A DNA stretch of 64,000 nt from positions 1 to 64,000 of IMG/VR virus record IMGVR_UViG_3300007735_000791. One strand, given 5' to 3'. The translations under genes were made by a program, and so were the position numbers. The stretch comes from a virus. The notes beneath the pieces were generated by a model. The model saw only the letters and a list, made by a program, of their open reading frames with translations, ran no database searches and was not told where the DNA came from. Shown here in pieces: positions 9,112 to 18,962 of this stretch (positions are counted from its first letter, which is position 1; every line of letters begins with the position of its first letter).

Positions 9112-9913
9112 AAAAGTTGATTGGGACTATGTTGCCCCAGTAAAAATGCCTGCTGATTTGAAAGGAATTCAACCTGGAAAACTTCCTGAGCATTTGCTTC
9201 GCCCAGCAGTTGGTGGTGGAAAACTCCATTGGCTTGCCGCGGCTGCTTGGGCTGCAATGGTGGAGAAGGCTAAGGCTGACGGTATTGAATTAAAGCCCGT
9301 CTCATCTGGAGATACTTATCGCACTTACGATTCGCAACTTACAGCGTTTAAACAACGCTACACCAAAGAACCTAATGGCAACTCAACAAGAACATTTGAA
9401 GGTGTCAAATGGTATAAGAAAGACCCAAAACTTGCTAGTTTGGCTGCTCCAGGCACTTCTCAGCATAATAGCGGGTTGGCAGTTGATGTTCATACTGCTG
9501 CTGAACCAAAACGCCTTAAATGGTTGATTGATAACGTTAAAACATTTGGATTTTCATGGGAGGTGGTTCCAGAAGAACCCTGGCACCTGCGCTATTGTGA
9601 TGGTGATACACCACCTGCTGCTGTCAAAGCCTACATGGATAAAAACAATATTAAAGCACCAGAAGGCAAAAGTGCTACTCCTGTTCCAGTTGTTGAAAGC
9701 GAAGATAAAAGTACCTTAAACATTAAGTTGGGAGATAAAAGCGACAAGGTAAAACAGTTGCAAGAACTTCTCAATAAAAAAGGTTTTGCTTGCACTGCTG
9801 ACGGTAATTTTGGACCTTCCACACAGAAAGCGTTGAATTACTTCAAACAATCTGTTAACCTGAAACCTAATGGTATCTGCAACGACAAAACATGGGACGC
9901 CATTACTGCATAA
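9104..9913 (+). CDS. Endolysin: M15 zinc peptidase (VanY-like) plus C-terminal peptidoglycan-binding domain
   Basis: YRTYDSQ, APGTSQH..GLAVD, EPWH; PGBD VKQLQELL...DGNFGPST...F. Confidence 0.9.
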   Translation: MSKKVDWDYVAPVKMPADLKGIQPGKLPEHLLRPAVGGGKLHWLAAAAWAAMVEKAKADGIELKPVSSGDTYRTYDSQLTAFKQRYTKEPNGNSTRTFEGVKWYKKDPKLASLAAPGTSQHNSGLAVDVHTAAEPKRLKWLIDNVKTFGFSWEVVPEEPWHLRYCDGDTPPAAVKAYMDKNNIKAPEGKSATPVPVVESEDKSTLNIKLGDKSDKVKQLQELLNKKGFACTADGNFGPSTQKALNYFKQSVNLKPNGICNDKTWDAITA

Positions 9914-9925
9914 TCCGTTTACAAA

Positions 9926-10219
9926 TTGGAGCACAACTTGGACAACTCATCGTTAATTAACGATTTATTAAACCCTACAAAACAACTAACTCAACAGAAA
10001 TGTAAAGTAGGTCGCATGCTTGATATGCTTCCTGATGACACTTCTGATGCAATGAAAAAAGCAATTGAATTAATTCGCACTACGCAATATCAAGGTAAGA
10101 ACAAAACATACAGTAGTGTTTGGTTATCTAAGGTTCTTCGTAAAAACAGTTATCCAATAAGTCCAAGTACAATTCAACGACACGTCAACAAGGAGTGCTC
10201 TTGTGAACAATCTGATTAA
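9926..10219 (+). CDS. Hypothetical protein, possibly HTH-like or metal-binding
   Basis: CKV...ISPSTIQRH...CSC. Confidence 0.55.
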   Translation: MEHNLDNSSLINDLLNPTKQLTQQKCKVGRMLDMLPDDTSDAMKKAIELIRTTQYQGKNKTYSSVWLSKVLRKNSYPISPSTIQRHVNKECSCEQSD

Positions 10220-11354
10220 CGACTTAAATCAACCAAACAAAAACACCAAAGTTCTTGGAAAACTTCTTGAATTACTTGACCGTAAGAACATAGACATTGA
10301 AGATATTGGTGATGTAAAACGAGTATCTATTTACCAGTCTCTTACTAAAAACGAAGAAGGAGAAGCAGAAGTACATGACCTTGCTGCTATTCAATTTTCA
10401 CCTTCTTGGGATAGTGGTCCTGAATGGCCTGTTGTTCAACAAGGTCCAGCAATTAAATTACCGCCTAGAAAACCAATTGTCAAAACAAAAAACAAATACA
10501 AAAAATGCGTAATAGTGCCAGATGCTCAAATTGGTTATTACCGAGGACGCGATGGACAACTTGAACCAACTCACGATGAGAAAGCAATGCAAATTGCAAT
10601 TGAATTAATACGTGAAGTAAAACCACAAACCGTTGTTTGTGTTGGTGACAACTTAGACCTTCCTGAAATGGGTAAGTATTTAACTACTCCTGCGTATCAA
10701 CAAACAACTCAAGCAGCAATTGACCGTGCAACTAAGTTTTGTGCTGAACTTCGCGAGGCTGCTCCTAGTGCAACTATAGTTTGGTTAGCAGGAAACCACG
10801 AAGAACGCATGCCAAAGTATCTGTTAACTAATGCTGGTGCTGCTTATGGATTGCGAAAAGGAAACACTCCTGAATCTTGGCCTGTGTTAACTGTTCCATA
10901 TCTTTGCCGAATGGAAGAATTTGGCGTTGAATACCGACCAGGATATCCTGCATCTGATTTTTGGATTAACGAAAAACTTCGTGTTATTCATGGAGACAGA
11001 GTTAAATCATCAGGGTCAACGGCACATGTGTATCTTAACCAAGAAAAGACTTCTGTAATTTACGGACACATTCACAGAATTGAAACTGCATTTAAAACAC
11101 GAGAAGACTTTGATGGTCCTCGTACAATCATGGCAGCATCTCCTGGTTGTCTTGCTCGCATTGATGGAGCAGTCCCTTCAACTAGGGGCGGTGTTGACCT
11201 TGATGGACGACCATTGGTTCGCTATGAAAACTGGCAACAAGGAATGGCAGTTGTTACATACGAACAAAGTGGAGAACATAAATTCTCATACGAATTGATG
11301 CCCATTTACAATGGTTGGGCTATTTATCAAGGTAAAGAATTTATAGTCAAATAA
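10203..11354 (+). CDS. Calcineurin-like metallophosphoesterase
   Basis: PDAQ, GDNLD, GNHE, HGD and GHIH motifs. Confidence 0.85.
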   Translation: MNNLINDLNQPNKNTKVLGKLLELLDRKNIDIEDIGDVKRVSIYQSLTKNEEGEAEVHDLAAIQFSPSWDSGPEWPVVQQGPAIKLPPRKPIVKTKNKYKKCVIVPDAQIGYYRGRDGQLEPTHDEKAMQIAIELIREVKPQTVVCVGDNLDLPEMGKYLTTPAYQQTTQAAIDRATKFCAELREAAPSATIVWLAGNHEERMPKYLLTNAGAAYGLRKGNTPESWPVLTVPYLCRMEEFGVEYRPGYPASDFWINEKLRVIHGDRVKSSGSTAHVYLNQEKTSVIYGHIHRIETAFKTREDFDGPRTIMAASPGCLARIDGAVPSTRGGVDLDGRPLVRYENWQQGMAVVTYEQSGEHKFSYELMPIYNGWAIYQGKEFIVK

Positions 11355-11356
11355 AC

Positions 11357-11986
11357 ATGACTACCATTATCGGTGTTCAAGGAGATGGGTTTGCAGTAAT
11401 CTGTTCAGACTCTCGTGTGTCTACGTTTGGCGATAACTTTTCACAAATTGGAACATTACGAGAAGGTTCTAGCAAGGTTTCTCAAAACGGTAAATATCTT
11501 ATTGGTGCGGCTGGTGACGTTCGTGCTATCAACATTCTTCAACACGTGTTTCAACCTCCTGCTCCTCCAATAAATGCTAACAAGAAGACATTAGACCAAT
11601 TCTTTACAGCCAAATTCATACCAGCCTTAAGAGAGTGTTTTGAATCTCAAGGTTATGCTGTTCCTGAACGAGAAGACAAAGAACACATTGCAGAACAAGG
11701 CTCTTCGGTCATAGTTGCCGTTAATAGCAACATCTACGTTGTAGAAAGCGACTATTCGTGGTCTTCTGAAGCAACTGGGTTATATGCCTTAGGTTCAGGC
11801 TCGTCTTATGCTTTAGGAGCATTGCAAGTATTAATTCGTAACAAAAAAGTCAATAGTCAGTTGGCAAAGACGTATGCTCTTCGCGCTTTGGCTATTGCTT
11901 CCAAATACGACCCTAATACAGGGTCGCCTTATCATTCCTATGTACAAGGCGAAAAAGTAAGCGTTAAACGACGCAAAAAGGTATAA
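11357..11986 (+). CDS. Ntn-hydrolase, proteasome beta/HslV-like protease
   Basis: M-T-T-I-I-G N-terminal Thr nucleophile, SDSR, conserved Lys, ALGSGSSYALGAL, D..TG. Confidence 0.85.
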   Translation: MTTIIGVQGDGFAVICSDSRVSTFGDNFSQIGTLREGSSKVSQNGKYLIGAAGDVRAINILQHVFQPPAPPINANKKTLDQFFTAKFIPALRECFESQGYAVPEREDKEHIAEQGSSVIVAVNSNIYVVESDYSWSSEATGLYALGSGSSYALGALQVLIRNKKVNSQLAKTYALRALAIASKYDPNTGSPYHSYVQGEKVSVKRRKKV

Positions 11987-12016
11987 TTAAACCACAACCT
12001 ATCAAGGAGATTAAGT

Positions 12017-12322
12017 ATGTCCAAGAAAATTAATGTAGTAGATATTAAAGATGTTGCAACTAAAGGTGGAGCAATTGGCGTTGTTTCATACCTTATGTCC
12101 ACATGGGAAGTTGACCCTGCTCTTAACGTAGTAATTTTACCTGCTATTCTGTATGTGCTTAACGTGCTTAGCACTAAAATTGGAGACCCTCAAATTGCTA
12201 ACTTTTTTGCCAAACAAAGCAAAGTCGTTGAGGCCGCAGTTAAAGAAACAGTTGCACGACCAACTGAAGTTGCCAAGATTCCTGCAGTTAAGAAAGCCGC
12301 TCCAAAGAACAAAAAGAAGTAA
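12017..12322 (+). CDS. Membrane protein with Lys-rich tail
   Basis: AAGGAG RBS; two hydrophobic segments; ends KKAAPKNKKK. Confidence 0.6.
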   Translation: MSKKINVVDIKDVATKGGAIGVVSYLMSTWEVDPALNVVILPAILYVLNVLSTKIGDPQIANFFAKQSKVVEAAVKETVARPTEVAKIPAVKKAAPKNKKK

Positions 12323-12330
12323 GTTCTTAA

Positions 12331-14013
12331 ATGGCAATTGATTTTTGGTCACCTTCTTATCGCGCTGCTGCTAGTGACTTAACAGTTGCTATTAGCCCTT
12401 TAGGGCTTGTTGAGTTAGCCGATGAAGAATTTGAAGTCCATGGTCCACGTCTAAACAGATACTCGTCTGCTTGGGCGTGGTACTTAGGACACCATTGGTC
12501 ATATCGCCGTGAGATGGGTGAATCTCAATTTTACATGAACTATGTCCGCACTATGTCGGATTACATTACCAACTTTTGTTTTGGCAAAGGAGTTCAATTT
12601 AAAACTCCAGAACAAAACAATGCAATCATTCCTCACCTCTTAGACGATGTATGGAATACTCACAATAACAAACATAAAGTTTTGTGGGAAATGGGACAAT
12701 TGGCTGGAGTTACTGGCGATTGTTTTGTTAAAGTAGCCTACGAAGAACCTTTTGTAGATACTGCTGGAATTCCACACGAAGGTCGTATCAGGGTTATCCC
12801 ACTTAACCCAGCGCATTGTTTCCCTGAATATCATCCGCATGACCGTGACCGCATTATTAGATTTAAACTTAAATATCGTTTTTGGGGAACTTCGGCTGAA
12901 GGCACTCGTCAGGTTTACACGTTTACAGAAATTCTTACTGACGAAACTATTCAACAATTTATTAATGATGAATTAATTGATGAATATCAAAACGTAATTG
13001 GAAACGTACCTGTTGTTCATATTGCTAACGTAAGTATCTCTTCATCTCCTTGGGGTCAATCTGACATTTGGGATGTTATTCCTTTAAACCGCGAACTGAA
13101 CGAAAAGATGACTGAGGTTTCAGACATCATTAACTACCACGCTGCTCCTGTAACAATTATTACTGGTGCAAAAGCAAGCCAACTTGAACGAGGTCCAAAG
13201 AAAGTTTGGGCTGGTCTGCCTAAAGATGCAAACGTGTTTAACCTTGAATCTCGTGGTGAAATGGCTGGAGCGCTTGAATACATTCAGTTTATTAAACGAA
13301 CAATGCATGAAATTACAGGCATTCCAGAAGCAGCATTAGGACAATTCCAACCAGTATCTAATACTTCTGGTGTTGCTTTGGCAATTCAGTACCAGCCTTT
13401 GATGAATCGTTATCAAATGAAAAAGATTCATTTTACAAAAGGTCTTGAGCGTATTAACGAACTTGTTATTCGTACTGCTGCTATGTTCCGACCAGAGATG
13501 TTAGTTTATAACCCTCAAAAAGCAGCAAAACCAGAACGAGACAATCTACTTCAACTAGACCCTGCTGACCCACTTACTTATAAAACAACATGTCATTGGC
13601 CTGACCCGTTGCCTGTAGATGTACTTATTAAACTTAATGAGGTGCAAGCAAAGATGTCATTGGGGTTGGAATCCAAGCGTGGTGCATTGCGTACGTTGGG
13701 TGAGGAGTTCCCGAACGAAAAGATGGAAGAAATCTTTGAAGAACTTATGGACGACGCTATTGACCAAGGTTCTTTGACCATGCTTAATTCTCAAATACAA
13801 TCCGCAATTATGATGGCAACAGGAATGTTGCCTAATAACGAAGGTCCTGTTGCTACGTCGGCTGGAGGGTCAGACGTGTCATCAGCAGGAAATTCTCAAG
13901 GTTCTATGCCTGGAACGGCTGTGAATCCTGTAGAATCAGACCTGATGAATCAATTGGTTAGCAAGGCTTATGGTGCTAGGTTCGCCCAGCGTCGTAATCC
14001 AGATGAAGAATAA
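12331..14013 (+). CDS. Portal protein
   Basis: 560 aa; TGD, VPVVHIAN, GQSDI, SGVAL motifs of SPP1 gp6-like portals; precedes scaffold and capsid. Confidence 0.9.
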   Translation: MAIDFWSPSYRAAASDLTVAISPLGLVELADEEFEVHGPRLNRYSSAWAWYLGHHWSYRREMGESQFYMNYVRTMSDYITNFCFGKGVQFKTPEQNNAIIPHLLDDVWNTHNNKHKVLWEMGQLAGVTGDCFVKVAYEEPFVDTAGIPHEGRIRVIPLNPAHCFPEYHPHDRDRIIRFKLKYRFWGTSAEGTRQVYTFTEILTDETIQQFINDELIDEYQNVIGNVPVVHIANVSISSSPWGQSDIWDVIPLNRELNEKMTEVSDIINYHAAPVTIITGAKASQLERGPKKVWAGLPKDANVFNLESRGEMAGALEYIQFIKRTMHEITGIPEAALGQFQPVSNTSGVALAIQYQPLMNRYQMKKIHFTKGLERINELVIRTAAMFRPEMLVYNPQKAAKPERDNLLQLDPADPLTYKTTCHWPDPLPVDVLIKLNEVQAKMSLGLESKRGALRTLGEEFPNEKMEEIFEELMDDAIDQGSLTMLNSQIQSAIMMATGMLPNNEGPVATSAGGSDVSSAGNSQGSMPGTAVNPVESDLMNQLVSKAYGARFAQRRNPDEE

Positions 14014-14063
14014 ACTGTTTATTACCTAAGTCAACATAAGCCCAACTAGAGAGGTATATACCT

Positions 14064-14858
14064 ATGGCAAAGCAAGAAGAAGACGCTGTTACTATCCTTG
14101 CAGAAGCAACAGCAACAATGCTAGATGAGTCAGCAAAAGTAACAGGTCAAAAGACTAAGACCTTTACTGAAGATGACGTTGAAGGCATCCGCAAGCAAGA
14201 AAAAGACAAGATGTACAAGCGTCTTGAAGAATCGGATACCCGAACAAAGGTGCTTGAAGAGCAACTAAAAGTCATTTCTGCAGAGCGAGAAGCGGCTATT
14301 AAAAAAGCCGAAGAAACAGCACGTAAAGAAGAAGAGATTCGTAAGCAACGCGAATTTGAAGAATTGAGCGCAAAAGAACTCCTCCTAAAGCAGGAGACTG
14401 AGTTTACAAAGAAAATCAATGACGTTGAGAATGAGTGGAAAAATCGTCTAGAAGAGATTGAACGTGACCGTCAGGCACAGGCAGCCCTTTTAGAAAAAGA
14501 ACGACGCCATCAAGAACTTCAAAACTACATTTCTCGCCGTATGCAAGAGGAGCAAGAGTACATTATTCCACAACTCCTGCCTTTGATTAGCGGTTCTTCC
14601 GAAGAAGAAATTGAGTTGCAAATTAACAAGTACAAAGACGCAAGTTCTGCTATTCTAGAAAACGTCCAAAGAGTGACTGCGGAATCCCAAAGTCGCTTTA
14701 AGGCAGTAGGTGTAACAGCACCTCCTGTTGGACCTATGGAAACTCAAATGGAGCAGCAAACGTTAACTGCGGAAGATATCCGCAATATGTCAATGGAACA
14801 GTATCAAAAAATGCGTGAGAAACTTTTAAACGCACGTTCTTCAAAGGGTCGTTTCTAA
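14064..14858 (+). CDS. Capsid scaffolding protein
   Basis: E/K-rich coiled coil with C-terminal IRNMSMEQYQKMR; sits between portal and capsid. Confidence 0.85.
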   Translation: MAKQEEDAVTILAEATATMLDESAKVTGQKTKTFTEDDVEGIRKQEKDKMYKRLEESDTRTKVLEEQLKVISAEREAAIKKAEETARKEEEIRKQREFEELSAKELLLKQETEFTKKINDVENEWKNRLEEIERDRQAQAALLEKERRHQELQNYISRRMQEEQEYIIPQLLPLISGSSEEEIELQINKYKDASSAILENVQRVTAESQSRFKAVGVTAPPVGPMETQMEQQTLTAEDIRNMSMEQYQKMREKLLNARSSKGRF

Positions 14859-14915
14859 CGAACTTTTAAAGAATAAATAAATTATCCACAATTACCTAAC
14901 AAAGGAATTTTCTAT

Positions 14916-16010
14916 ATGGCATATCCAGGCCCAGCGGGTGGTGCAGTTACTGGAGCAGACCTGTCGGCAATCACAACGACTGGCTACTCAAGTGATGCAA
15001 CACTCTCACCAGCAATTCAACAAATTTGGTCAAAAGAGATTTTGTTCCAAGCAATGCCTGTTCTTCGTTTTGAACAGTTCGCAGTAAAGAAGACAGAACT
15101 TGGCGTAATGCCTGGTTTGACAGTTAACTTTATGCGTTACACCAACCTCACAACTAACGACTATGCAGGCGCAGAATTGGTTGAAGGCGTTCGCATGGAG
15201 CCAAGTGCTCTTTCGGCAAGTCAGATTCAAATCACCGTAAAGGAACAAGGCAAGTCAGTTGCTGTCACCGAGTTGTTGCTTAACGCAGCATTTGATGACG
15301 TAATGGCATCGGCCTCACGTCTCCTTGGTCGTCACATGGCACAATCCATGGACATCCAAGCACGTAACACGCTTTACAGCGCAGGTGTTCCATTTGCTGG
15401 TGGTGCAGCAGTTGCTCCAAGCGTAGTGTTTGGTCGCAACACCAACGGTTCAACACGTGGTTCAATTGCTCCTTACGAGTACTCATCGGCTGGGTCGGCT
15501 TCGGCTCCTGGCTATCTCTCACCTGCAACTATCAAGGACGCAGTTGAAGTACTTGCTGGTCAGAACATCCCACGTCTTGGCGACACATACGTGTGCTTCG
15601 TTCACCCATCACAAAGCCGTTCGCTTCGTGACTGGCCTGAATTCATTGAAGTCACTAAGTACGCTGCTCCAGGCAACTTCATGCTTGGTGAAATTGGTCG
15701 TCTCTACGACGTTGTGTTCATTGAAACTACACAAGTGCTTCAAGGTCAAGCATCTACAGATGTTGTAGACCTTAGCCCAGGTGTAGCAGGAAACTTGGAC
15801 CCAATTTCAACATCGTACAACGCGATGATGATTGGTGACAACGCATTTGGTCAAGCAATTGCCTTGCCAGTTGAGTTGCGAGATGGTGGCGTCATTGACT
15901 TTGGTCGTGAGCATGGTCTTGCTTGGTACGCAATCTGGGGCTTCGGAGTTATCACTCACGAAAGCCGAGTGCTTATCAACACCAAGGGTGGCGCAATCGG
16001 CGCTTCCTGA
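14916..16010 (+). CDS. Major capsid protein
   Basis: 364 aa; FEQFA, VHPSQ, GEIGRLYDVVFIET, DFGREHGLAWY; biased codon usage; followed by a terminator. Confidence 0.92.
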   Translation: MAYPGPAGGAVTGADLSAITTTGYSSDATLSPAIQQIWSKEILFQAMPVLRFEQFAVKKTELGVMPGLTVNFMRYTNLTTNDYAGAELVEGVRMEPSALSASQIQITVKEQGKSVAVTELLLNAAFDDVMASASRLLGRHMAQSMDIQARNTLYSAGVPFAGGAAVAPSVVFGRNTNGSTRGSIAPYEYSSAGSASAPGYLSPATIKDAVEVLAGQNIPRLGDTYVCFVHPSQSRSLRDWPEFIEVTKYAAPGNFMLGEIGRLYDVVFIETTQVLQGQASTDVVDLSPGVAGNLDPISTSYNAMMIGDNAFGQAIALPVELRDGGVIDFGREHGLAWYAIWGFGVITHESRVLINTKGGAIGAS

Positions 16011-16029
16011 TAATCTCAGGTAATTAATT

Positions 16030-16062
16030 AAAGGGCCAGTGGGACTTACCCACTGGCCCTTT
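16030..16062 (+). terminator. Intrinsic terminator, possibly bidirectional
   Basis: Perfect 14-bp stem AAAGGGCCAGTGGG / CCCACTGGCCCTTT with a 5-nt loop, after the capsid gene. Confidence 0.85.
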
Positions 16063-16095
16063 ATACTTGTAAGTGTCCAACCATAAGGAGAAAAC

Positions 16096-16326
16096 ATGGT
16101 ACGTAAAACAAAACAATTTGCTGAAGAAGTAGAAACTAATGAAGTTGAAGTTGCAATTCCTGTTCCAGCAGAAGGTAGTAACCTAGTTCAAGCCCGTATC
16201 AAGGGAACTTGGAAAATGTACTGGGGCCAGGAAGTGTATAATTTTGTAGATGGAAAACGATTCAATATCTCAAAAGATTTGTACGACTACCTGCGTAAGA
16301 GTGGAAATATTTACGACACTTTGTAA
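16096..16326 (+). CDS. Small head-module protein
   Basis: AAGGAG RBS; follows the capsid gene. Confidence 0.6.
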   Translation: MVRKTKQFAEEVETNEVEVAIPVPAEGSNLVQARIKGTWKMYWGQEVYNFVDGKRFNISKDLYDYLRKSGNIYDTL

Positions 16327-16335
16327 AGGATTTTA

Positions 16336-16968
16336 ATGGCGGGTTTTACAATCCCCAATGCACCAGATACCAATAAATCAACACTGGACCAATCAGAGCC
16401 AGACCGCGTTGATTTTGAGATTCTAGGCAATCGCAGAAAAGGCGTTGTTTCTGGTGCTGCAGTAACTGTTGTTTCTGGCAACATTGTTGCTGTTGCTTCT
16501 GGCTCTATTGCATATGAAGGAACTGATTATGCACTGTCGGCTAACGGTTCATACTCATTGTCAAGTGCTCCAACTTCTGGAAACCGTTTTGATTTAGTAG
16601 TTGCTAGGTATGCAACCTCTGCTGTAACTATTCAAACAGTTACTGGAACTGCCAGTTCTACAAACCCAGTATTTCCAGCGCTTCCTTCTACCGATATTGT
16701 TCTTGCAGCAATTTTACGTCGTGCCAACGAATCAATTGTTGCAAACGACATTATTGACAAACGGGCTTTTTGTTTGGCATCTACTCCATCAACTATTACT
16801 TTAGGTACAAACACAACTGGTGATTATGTTGCATCCCTTGTTGCTGGAACTGGTATTACATTAACAAACAACAGCGGTGAAGGTGCTACACCTACAATTG
16901 CAGTAAGCAGTGTTCCACTATCTGGTGATGATGACCAAATTGTTCTTGGCTCGCAAGTATTTGGTTAA
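16336..16968 (+). CDS. Head or neck fibre-like structural protein
   Basis: RFDLVV domain, and LGTNTTGDY...GEG.T.TI module shared with ORF 1-816. Confidence 0.6.
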   Translation: MAGFTIPNAPDTNKSTLDQSEPDRVDFEILGNRRKGVVSGAAVTVVSGNIVAVASGSIAYEGTDYALSANGSYSLSSAPTSGNRFDLVVARYATSAVTIQTVTGTASSTNPVFPALPSTDIVLAAILRRANESIVANDIIDKRAFCLASTPSTITLGTNTTGDYVASLVAGTGITLTNNSGEGATPTIAVSSVPLSGDDDQIVLGSQVFG

Positions 16969-16976
16969 CGGTCAAT

Positions 16977-17129
16977 ATGACCGAAAGGCCAATCCCTAAG
17001 CCAACTGGAACGGTACAAGACGCAACTCGTGTGCGAAGAATGATGGTTCATCGCCAACGAGAAGCATACCCAGCAATTAATTATCCAGACCAAGACACCA
17101 TCCCTGGTGTAGATTCGGCGGATGAATAA
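16977..17129 (+). CDS. Small hypothetical protein (50 aa, not in ORF track)
   Basis: MTERPIPKPTGTVQDATRVRR...SADE*; fills the gap; TAATG overlap with the next gene. Confidence 0.65.
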   Translation: MTERPIPKPTGTVQDATRVRRMMVHRQREAYPAINYPDQDTIPGVDSADE

Positions 17130-17938
17130 TGGCTCATTTTAATCCAGTAATAGTTGAAGAAGTTACTACACTTGCTCGTAACTTTTTACGTGATTTTCCA
17201 AAGTTCTTTCAAACTTCTTTTGAGGCAACCACTCGTACATACGAATTAGGACACCCAAACATTGATACAGATAGTTTATACATTGCTATATACACATCTT
17301 CTACACCTACAGAATTGGCTGCTTCGGCATTTTCATTAGATGCTAGAAACGGTATTTTAAGATTAAGTAGCACCCCAGCAGCCAACAGCAGTCTTATGGT
17401 TGAAGGTTATCACTACGAATGGATTTTGCCAGCAGACCTTAAGTTTTATGCACATCATGCTATTGAAGAACATGTTTACAATCTGTCTACACCATTAGAA
17501 AACATGTCTGGAATTGTTATTGACACAATTGGAATGGCAACAGTTGTTAATTCTTTGTGGGCTTTGTTGAGCGAATATAGCCGAGACATTGACGTAATGA
17601 CTTCTGAATCGGTTCACATTCCTGGCAGTCAACGTTTTAGAATGGTTCAAAGCCTTCTTGAATATTGGCAACGACAGTACGAAAATCAAGCACGTGCTCT
17701 TAACATTGGTGTTAATCGCATTGAAGTGATGAACCTAAGCCGAGTTTCACGAACTACAAATCGTTACATACCAATCTACCGCGCTCGTGAAATTGGTGAT
17801 TATGGTCCAATTGAACGAGTGTTTCCAGAACGAGATAAAGGAACTATTGAAATTGAGGATAAAGGCGACGACCTAAGAGAGGACGTATTTGTAGATACAA
17901 ATCCTCCTAGCAGTCTCTATAACACTGGACACTTTTAA
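17129..17938 (+). CDS. Head-tail adaptor / neck protein
   Basis: Position after the capsid gene; translationally coupled. Confidence 0.55.
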   Translation: MAHFNPVIVEEVTTLARNFLRDFPKFFQTSFEATTRTYELGHPNIDTDSLYIAIYTSSTPTELAASAFSLDARNGILRLSSTPAANSSLMVEGYHYEWILPADLKFYAHHAIEEHVYNLSTPLENMSGIVIDTIGMATVVNSLWALLSEYSRDIDVMTSESVHIPGSQRFRMVQSLLEYWQRQYENQARALNIGVNRIEVMNLSRVSRTTNRYIPIYRAREIGDYGPIERVFPERDKGTIEIEDKGDDLREDVFVDTNPPSSLYNTGHF

Positions 17939-18477
17939 TGGACGCCCGAACTGAACTAGGGCTTATCAGAAAACGTTACCGAGAATATTCTCGGTTAGTC
18001 GGTGAGTCTATTATCTACTATGAGTTTCTTCCGTTTGGAAACGCCGCTAGTTCTACTGGTTCATACTTTGATGACGTCTACGATGAAGGAATAAAAGGAA
18101 CTGGAGGACGTAAATATAAAAAAGGTATTATCCTTCCAGTCTTGATGATTACAGAAACTGAAGACCAAAAGCGTTCAATTCCAGAAGGTCGTCAGCCAAT
18201 TGAAGTCGTTAATTTTGTAGCCTCGGTAGAAGACTTTAGGTCTGCTGGAATAACTAACGTTTGGGAATATAAAACCCATCTTAATGACCTATTTACGTAC
18301 GACGGAAGATACTTTACTGTAACTTCTTACAAAGTTCGCGGTAGAGCCAAAGACGACATTATCGTAGTAGTTGAAGGTCTTGAAGTGTACTTTAACCAAG
18401 AGTACCCTTTTGACCCAAACCCCACGTTTACTAATATCAGTAACCTTCCTTGGCCTTCTAAACTTCCTAGTATCTGA
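17938..18477 (+). CDS. Head-tail stopper-like protein
   Basis: Position; DLFTYDGRYFTV beta motif. Confidence 0.55.
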   Translation: MDARTELGLIRKRYREYSRLVGESIIYYEFLPFGNAASSTGSYFDDVYDEGIKGTGGRKYKKGIILPVLMITETEDQKRSIPEGRQPIEVVNFVASVEDFRSAGITNVWEYKTHLNDLFTYDGRYFTVTSYKVRGRAKDDIIVVVEGLEVYFNQEYPFDPNPTFTNISNLPWPSKLPSI

Positions 18478-18548
18478 TAAACTTGATTTAACTTTAGCGA
18501 GCGCTAAAGGGTACAACTGCCTAGAAGAATTGGAGTGCATTAACAAGC

Positions 18549-18962
18549 ATGTCGTCTGCCGCACGTTCTTCTAGACCATCATTTATTTCTGGTGAGTTTG
18601 AAGTTGTACGATATGCAGAATTCTTGGCTAAAAACTATGCTAGTGCTTTGGCTCAGGCTATCAAAGAAAGCACTAAAGAAGAAACTATTGCCTTACAGGA
18701 AAGGGCTAAAAACTCTAAGACTGATTGGACTAAAGTTTCAGATAGTTTAGAAGTTACTTACAATGAAAGCACTGGAACTGTTGATTACGGAATACCTGGT
18801 AATGACGAAAAAGCCCGTCTTGCTACAGACCTTGAGTATGGTGTTCCAACAAAAGTTGCCCCACAACCGTTGCTTCGTTCACAAGTTTTAGGAAATCAAA
18901 CAGAACTTAGCAATAAAATTGCTAATAAAGTTCATGCTAAATTAACGGCAAAATACCGATGA
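18549..18962 (+). CDS. Neck protein (HK97 gp10-like)
   Basis: LEYG....PQPLLR motif. Confidence 0.55.
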   Translation: MSSAARSSRPSFISGEFEVVRYAEFLAKNYASALAQAIKESTKEETIALQERAKNSKTDWTKVSDSLEVTYNESTGTVDYGIPGNDEKARLATDLEYGVPTKVAPQPLLRSQVLGNQTELSNKIANKVHAKLTAKYR

